Source: Balanoglossus misakiensis
Lineage: Eukaryota; Animalia; Hemichordata
Assembly: GCA_040954595.2 (NCBI GenBank)
Contig: CM082586.2
Span: forward strand, 401,123 to 465,122
Direction of reading: 5' to 3'
DNA: 64,000 bases
The translations under genes were made by a program, and so were the position numbers. Numbering within the stretch: position 1 is the first letter of the stretch; each line of letters starts with the position of its first letter. The notes under the pieces are model-generated. The model made no database searches, had not been told where the DNA came from, and saw only the letters and a program-made list of their open reading frames with translations. Positions 56,257 to 64,000 of the stretch are shown here, piece by piece.

Positions 56257-58070
56257 ATGAAACTTCTCACAGGTAAGTGCAAACATAGTGGTTTTCTGTC
56301 AATAGCATAATTATGAAAATTCAAAGTTGGCACTTAGTAAACGAGCTTTGATCATGCGCTTCTTCGTTTGGCCCAAGAACAGTTCCCATTCATAAATCAT
56401 AATAATAACAGAACTTCACTGCGATCTTTAAGTTTAACGGAATAACTTTTATTGAAATTTTATGATGTGAAAATACAAGGTGTGATGTCTTCAGTGAAAC
56501 AAGAATCCATCATTTTAACTGGTGAAAATTTCGCATCGAAAGTAACTTTATTTCTGTTCAAGGATCAGTTTTACTTTTCAATCGTCCAGTCCAGACATGT
56601 TCATCATCATGTTGATTTCAACAAAGTTTGAATGCAAGTGTTGTTGAAGGTGTCGATGCTGATGCGGTCATTAGGGTGTACTCTTTAATGAACCGAAGTT
56701 AGTGTGAGAGTTGCTCGCTATAAAATTAACGAATTGTTGTGCTACAGCTTCAGCGCCTTTCAATACGATCAGCCCATGCAGGGTGTGAAATGAACAGATC
56801 ATTGATCAGTGAAAGTGGTCCATTCACCTCTAACACCTCCCAGGTCAACTTGCATACCGCTCCTTTGCCCGGCACACGCCCTGACTAGGAAATCTGTCCT
56901 TAGCACATCTAAACATCTTGGATGAACTGCTCATTTCCATCGCTGTAACATTAACACTAACACAGCATATCGTTATTGTTCAGAGTCATTCATATTTTAA
57001 TCAAATATTGACTTGTCAATTTATACCTCAGGCGTTACGCCCAGTTTTGTTGCGTTGTGTTGTTTTCAAGATTGTTATAAAAATGAATAGACAACACTAT
57101 TTGTTTTAACCATTGACAATTTTGTGTTTAACTTTGGATTTGTACACATGGTGTTAACTCTTGGCTTCAGTCATTATTTGATATTGTCATACAAATAGAA
57201 AAATTATGAATGGAGAGGTTATCACACTCACTGTAATGTGATTGGCTGGTTACTAAAAGTTACATCATGAATATTCATTAGTCTTAAATTAGCTGTGGTT
57301 AGAATGTTTGCATAAACCAATTTTTTATGTCATAAGAATACACTGCAATGAAAAAATTAATGCATTACCCATTTCTGTCCCCAAGTACTGTAAAAACACA
57401 CTGATGTGATGATGCTTTGAGAAAAATCAGTCTGAATTAGAGTACTGTACAATTTACCTGCAGCTGTTTCATATTATGAAAACAATATATTCCATGACAT
57501 TGAGATGTTTGTAGTAAGTCTACCATATGGTTAGCAGACAAAAATGACAATATGTTTCCAGTTGAATTTATCTTCATGATACTGCAATCTATTTTTGTGC
57601 CTCTCCTGAAAGAAAAAAAACTACATTTCTACTGGTAATGTGGTGACACTTCTTTTTCTCTTTTTTGGCAGGTTTAGCCCTGTGTGTTGTACTTTTAGGC
57701 TCCACACATGCTTTGTACAGCAGCACCTCAAATGTCATAGACTTGGATCCAGACAAGTTTGATAAAATGTTAAAAAGTGATTCACTCTGGATTGTAGAAT
57801 TCTATGCACCATGGTAAGTTCCTTTGTTCTTGTATTTTAACCCTTTCACCTCCTTGGTTCAGTCCAAATCTATTGGGAAAGTTTGTGTTTTGTATTCCTT
57901 CTGAGGTGCATATTTGTAGTGACTGAGGGAATAAACGTTCATTTCTGATTTTACAGGTGCGGTCACTGTAAAACATTGGCACCGGAATACGACAAAGCAG
58001 CCACAGCACTCAAGGTAAAGTTGTTGTACTCAACCAGATACCCACACTTGCAAATTTGAGACAGAGTGTC

Positions 58071-58101
<31 letters not shown>

Positions 58102-60256
58102 TGAAAGCTTCAGAAACTTTAGCAGCCCAGTGACAATGTGACATTTTGAATTTCAGGGTGTCGTGAAAGTAGGAGCTGTCGACATGACGAAGCATCAACA
58201 ACTGGGAGCGCCCTACCAGGTGCAGGGATTTCCAACTTTGAAAATTTTTGGTCAAGACAAGACAAAACCATCAGACTATATGGGTATGTATTGTTTATGT
58301 GATTGCATTAATTTAAGGGCAAATTGTCAAAAGAAAAACTTTTACATTTGAAATACTTACATGTATATACACGTATGTTTAATCAGGTGCTAGGGCGACT
58401 GACGCTATCGTCAATGAATGTCTGAAAAAAGCCAAAGATATGGTCAGTCAACGTCTTGGCAAGAAAGGTGGCAGTGGAGGAACTGGTGGTTCTGGGAGTG
58501 GCAGTAAATCTGTAAGTTAAACCATGATTTGTAATAAATATAGCTGTGCTTTTTAAGCAAGTATCTCTCTGTTGAATGTAGACAATTCTAGAGAATGACC
58601 TTTGAATTAATTCCATATTCCTCATTTAATTCTTCATCTCTTTGATTTTCAGAGTGGTGGTGGCGGTGGTGGTAGTGGAAAGAAAGAAGTGGTCACCTTG
58701 ACCGACGGAAACTTTGAAGAACTTGTCTTGAACAGTGATGAGCACTGGTTGGTTGAATTCTATGCACCATGGTGTGGACATTGTAAGAACTTGGAACCAG
58801 AATGGGCAAAGGCTGCCGCTGAGCTGAAAGGAAAGTTTAACTTGGGTGCTGTGGATGCTACAGCTGAAACTATTTATGCACAGAGATATGGGGTAAGTCA
58901 GGTTTCATTCATGTCATTCTACCTGCCACTAGATGAGATTGCGGGACTGTCAGATACACCCTGTTACAGCACTTGTCACGAGTCACCATCACCACCAGAT
59001 TGATTCACTCATCCCTCCTATTCTAACAGGTTCGTGGTTACCCAACTATCAAGTATTTCCCGGCTGGTAAGAAGAGTGGAGATGCTGAGGAGTTTACTGG
59101 TGGAAGAACATCTGGTGATATTGTCAACTGGTGTCTGGATAAAGTTTCTGAAAATCTCCCACCACCAGACATTGAAGAGGTAAGGCCAAGATGGATGTAC
59201 ACATTGTATGCACTTTGTTCAGCAACAGTTAGATTACATCATACAAAACATTATATTTGGACAGAACAGACAATTAACCACATGAAAGTATCAGGCTTAC
59301 AAGTTTATGAATTTCTCCAGTAAACACTTCTCATAACTGGCGTGTTTTTCTTCAGCTCGTAGATGAAGATGTCTTGAAAAATTCCTGTGAAAACCATCAA
59401 TTGTGTGTCATCTCCATTCTGCCACACATTCTGGACACTGGAGCAATTGGACGTAACAAATACCTTGATTTACTCAGAGATATGGCTGACAGATACAAGA
59501 AGAAGATGTGGGGGTCAGTATTAAACATTGTTATTCATAACATAACCCTTTCACCACCAGTCCTACCAGTATATATTATGTGAGTTGTTGAAATTAATAA
59601 TTGTCTGACTTCTTTCAGATGGGTTTGGGCAGAAGCTGGTGCCCAACCTGATGTAGAAGAATCACTAGGAATTGGTGGATTTGGTTATCCAGCCATGGCA
59701 GCAGTTAACAGTAGAAAAATGAAATTTGCATTATTAAAAGGATCTTTTGGCGAAGATGGGCTTAATGAATTTCTCAGGTAAGTTGATAAAAATAACAATT
59801 CGAGTCTTTTAAGTCAGAATGCAATTACTATGTGCTATGCCTTGCTGTTCTTTAGTTGGACACATTTATCATTTTGTGATATCATCTTTTTTTGTACCCT
59901 ACAGAGAACTGTCATACGGCAGAGGTTCAACCGCACCAGTTCGAGGAGCTAAATTACCTAAAGTACAAAAGACAGACCCATGGGATGGCAAAGATGGCGA
60001 AGTAAGTATTCTCTTGTCTGATTGTGAGACAGCATTTTTGGATTTGTACATATGTTCACACTGATCAAACCTATTACATTCATTGGCACAATCTGGAAAC
60101 AGTATTTCAAATTAGAACCCCTATCCTGAGTCAGCAATAGAAAAGCTTTATCAAATCTTTCTGATTTTTTATTTTCAGCTCCCAGTTGATGATGATATTG
60201 ACCTGAGTGACTTCGATATGGATGACGAGGAGGAAGGTGGCAAAGATGAATTATAA
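56257..60256 (+). CDS. PDIA6: Protein disulfide-isomerase A6 (P5), 11 coding exons
   Basis: Exons 56257-56272, 57672-57813, 57957-58014, 58157-58283, 58387-58511, 58653-58892, 59030-59179, 59356-59513, 59619-59777, 59905-60001 and 60179-60256. The product has a signal peptide, two [11 protein letters not shown] domains joined by a Gly/Ser linker, [31 protein letters not shown], an acidic tail and C-terminal KDEL. Confidence 0.97.
57837..57876. mobile_element. Truncated left end of the same TTAA MITE in PDIA6 intron 2
   Basis: ttaaccctttcacctccttggttcagtccaaatctattg matches the start of the 23144 copy. Confidence 0.7.
58070..58100. repeat. (ACAG)n microsatellite in PDIA6 intron 3
   Basis: cagacagacagacagacagacagacagacag. 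Confidence 0.9.
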
Positions 60257-61078
60257 AAGAACTGATTACATTATTTTTCCAAAGAACTTTTTTTAAAACT
60301 TCAACAGATAGATACGCACGCACTAGACAGCTTCTTTTCTTTAGAGTTAGGCCCTAATACATGTATGTACTGGCATGTACACAAACTATTGCTGAGCAGC
60401 CAAACCAGAATGATAATGCAGTATCTAGCCAAGCTTCCTACAGGGACTGTGTTGTGGAACTTCTATGTAGCCAATCACCTGCTCTCTTGTAGAAAGTAGG
60501 TGTTGGAAACTAGTAGCCAATCAGCAGCTTCCTACTAGAATTGACTCAGAGAACTGTCATTGCTTGAGGCAATATTGCTGAAAGGTTTAGTCTACCTGAA
60601 TGTTCTTCACAATCATTTTGACCCAGAATTGGTCGTTATTTTTCATTACAGCTTCCTTTCATTCCACTATTTATGTTTGCGATCAGTTTATCTGACTGTA
60701 ACAGAACCATGTTTATAAGGGTATATATTTTTTGTCTCATCACACCTTAAGTAGCACTGGATCAGTCAGTCTGGGTTAATTAATGGGGAAGAATTCTGTG
60801 GACATATTTATGGTGTAACAAAGCATTCATGTGTGTTCCAACAATTGTGAAAAGGACAGAATCAACTCGATAGCCCTATTCTATTTTGCTGTGATAGATA
60901 CGGTTTTGGTATCCTGTATTTCATACTTTCAATAGAACCCTTCTTTTTAGACTTTGTAAGAAAAAAAGGTGAAAAAAAGAATCTAGCCTGTTGACTGTGG
61001 TTTAGGGAATAACCAATCTTTGTGTTAAAATGTGTACAGCATTTTTTTAAAGTCAATAAAGAGCTTGACTAATGGTAA

Positions 61079-63469
61079 TTAAACGTATGTGTTGTCGTTT
61101 GATGCATCACACACAAAACCAGTTTCTCCAAACATGCCAGACATGCAGCCAATCCCTGCTGTCCAAATTTCACTGATCATAAATTTCTTCACACTACAAG
61201 TACACAGATATAAACAAAACAACATCTTTTTCCTATCAAAAGTCTCTTTTCCATCAAAACAGTCTATCAAAAAATCCTAAACTGTGAATGAAAGTTTTAC
61301 TCAAAATTGCCATTTAATGGCCTAACTTTTTTCACAAACTTGGCAGTCCAAGGACCAACACAGTTGCCAACAAAAATTATAACATTTAGAGTTGAAAGGC
61401 ACAGATTCAAAAATCAGAAAATTAATATCTTTTGCAAAGTTAAAGGACTCCACTGTTCAGTTCAACAAAGTTGGCACAAAACTTCAAGCAATAGTTAATC
61501 TTCTTTGTTTAAAGGCCATTGGCCTTATTTGGAATAGATTTGGAACAAACTTATAAATATCAAATATAACAAAAATTTGACATTATTATATAAATCTAAT
61601 TACACCTCGATATATAACTCATTTCTCAACTAATTTTCACAGAAAAATTAGAAATATAGTATGTCTCTTTTTTAACATTTTTTTACACTTTGCTTTATAT
61701 GCAAGTTCGAGGAATGCATTCAATTTTAACTACTTTCATCACACAAGCTGCTAATGCTTTGGCTTACCCCTTTCACCATCATGGTTCAGTCCAAACCCAT
61801 TATTTTCTATGGCAAAGTTGGACCTCTACAAAGGGAAATGGGGTGAAAGGGTTAATGATGCTTACTCAGCAGTGCCATCTACTTTGTTGACATAAAGCTT
61901 AAAAGTCTGCAGGTTCTCCAACTTCTGAAGTTTCTCTTTCATATCATCAAGACTGTCCAAAGTCTCCGTTAGCTTTGTTTCTAAATCTTGATTTGTGTCT
62001 TGGAGGATGTTCATCTCTTCCTCAAGTTCCTTCTTCAGATCTTCCAGTTCTGTGTATTTCTGAGTCAGATCTGCGTGTTCCTCCCTTAATCTGTCGATTT
62101 CGGATTGCATATTCTCATCGCGCTCGGACAGACTTTCCTGCAATGCATCACGTTGCTGCTCTAATTCTTCGTTACTCTCTTGCAGATCCTCAATCTCACT
62201 CGCTTGACGTTCTACGTCCCTCTTAAGCATCTCGATCTCAGCATTTCTACTTTGCATTTCCTTACATTCACTAAAGGCCTGCTGTAATGCCAGAAGACAC
62301 TTCTGTTTCTCTCCATCAATTCTTTCCTTTTCTTGTACAATCTGATCCGTCATTCTCTTGGTCTCGTCCAGCTTTTTCCTTTGTGCCAGTATATATTGCT
62401 TGTACACGTCATTATCTGCTCTCTGCTTTTCCAATTGTGCTCGTTGTCGCTCTATTTCTTCCTGGCAAACCTTCAGGTCTTGCCTCAGATTCAAAATCTT
62501 GTATTCAGATTCTTTCACTTGTTGATCTAAAATGTCTACTTTGTGACACTCATCATTCAAGGCTGCAACAATGTTGTCAGCTGACTCATTCAAGAGATTG
62601 TCTCCATCAAGTAGACTGTTGTTGAAGCTTGTACTGAGGTTACCACTGACATGAATGCCACTGTCATTGGGGTTCATCTGTTCAGGGGTTTTCTTAGTGC
62701 CACTTTCATTCAAACTCATCTGTAATACTCTAATGCCAGTGTCATTAAGGTTCAACCCTTCTTGCAGTTTCTTGATGACCGATTTAATCTCCTTCGCCTG
62801 GACATGACATCTTTCTGCGAGTGTCTCTTGATTCTCATTCAACTCCACAATCAACATTCTCATTTCGTTTATTTCATCCAATCTCCGATTCTCCTGTTTC
62901 TGCAGAGACCCTGCAATCTTTTCCTCTAGGGCTTGCTTCTCTTTCTGAATGCGTTCTCTTTCACGTGCAAGTTGGCTGCACCTCTCTTGCGTATTTGTGA
63001 GCTGCCGCTCAACAGCTGCAGCACGCGAAGTGGACTCACGGCTTTGATTCCTCCAGAGTGCAGCAGCCCTATCCGCTCTCTCTAACTGTTCATTCATGTT
63101 CTGAACATTCAAATGTGAAGACTGGGCCCGCACTTCACGTTCCATGGCAACGATTTGACGCTGTAGCTGTGCTTTCTCTTCCTGGCCACTGGTGGCGTTC
63201 TCATGGAGCCGTCGTATTCTGGTTCGCATTTCTGTCTTCTCATCACGCAACTGTTGTATCTGGTCTGCTCTTCCGTCCAGAAATCGCAGCACGCTGACAT
63301 GTAAACCATTAATTGTGCTCAGACAAGCTACGCCAACCAGACTGAACAAACTTTGATCTCCCAGAACTCCACAGATCAGCAACCCAACCAGAATGGATAA
63401 GATTACTGTGATGAACGCATCACTGGAACACAATACCTGTCTGCTGAAGAGATCCCTCAACTTCGTCAT
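61079..63469 (-). CDS. Uncharacterised protein with an N-terminal hydrophobic (TM) segment and long coiled coil; 2 coding exons, ~572 aa
   Basis: The first ATG is at 63469, with an in-frame TGA upstream and an acceptor at 63528. Exon 63469-61866 ends at GA|gtaagc. Acceptor ttgtag|T at 61193 continues in frame to a stop at 61081-61079. The heptad-like sequence is E/Q/K/L-rich. Confidence 0.75.
61768..61851. mobile_element. Second full-length copy (84 bp) of the TTAA piggyBac-type MITE
   Basis: ttac|ccctttcaccatcatggttcagtccaaaccc...ggggtgaaaggg|ttaa aligns end-to-end with 23148-23232. Confidence 0.85.
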
Positions 63470-64000
63470 TCTGCTAAAGCCCTGGACTGCGAGTCTCAAT
63501 GAACAGCAAGGTCAACTTGATATCAGTCTAGAGATACAAAAATATACAGAACACAGACCATTGAAACTGATTCAATTCTGTACAGTATCATGGCCAGATT
63601 ATTGATTGCAATAAGTCACGGTGAACAAACCAAAATGCCAAATTGCAATTCCCCTGTGCCCTCTCTACTGTCTATGGTGCCATGTACCAACAGAAAGAAG
63701 GTCGTTTCGCTTTTATAGGCCTACAGCATATGGTAGCCCCGCCCATCTGTACATATCATAGTGACTTGCTCTGCGCGTGGCAAGCCAAGGCTTAGTCTTG
63801 TTAGCATGTCGTGGCTGGAGCTGACGTGCAGCCGTTAACAACACACAGTCCTACCTCCTGCTAGCCCTAAAATTATGGCAAGAGTGTCCGACTATGGCTG
63901 TGTTGCCGAAATTAGACGCTGACCATTTCCTGGAATTCTTGAGGCCTTATTGAAATGGCGTTCCCACGGCCGAGTTGACCAAATAATGAAAATAAACGTG

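Overview
This is animal genomic DNA with spliceosomal GT-AG introns, probably from an invertebrate; it is not prokaryotic. Bases 1-~13,570 are a tandem satellite in three parts: about 139 near-identical 87-bp monomers, an inverted block of exactly 11 x 88-bp variant monomers, and about 5 degenerate forward monomers. The array ends about 80 bp before an internal exon of an OATP/SLCO gene, so it is probably intronic. The long minus-strand ORFs over it are artefacts of the 87 = 3 x 29 period. The genes in order are: the 3' end of SLCO gene A (+), a complete ~1135-aa SLCO gene B (+), two tandem 3-exon CYP2-clan P450s (+), an orphan ~201-aa secreted Cys-containing protein (-), INTS9 (-) head-to-head with PDIA6 (+) across a 271-bp region holding a perfect ERSE, and an unrecognised membrane-anchored coiled-coil gene (-) with a spliced last exon ending in a PDZ-binding motif. 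Mobile DNA includes TTAA-flanked ~85-bp piggyBac-type MITEs and a ~440-bp element whose internal junction is the reverse complement of its own joined ends. All gene models were assembled by hand from splice signals and reading frame; no database searches were run.
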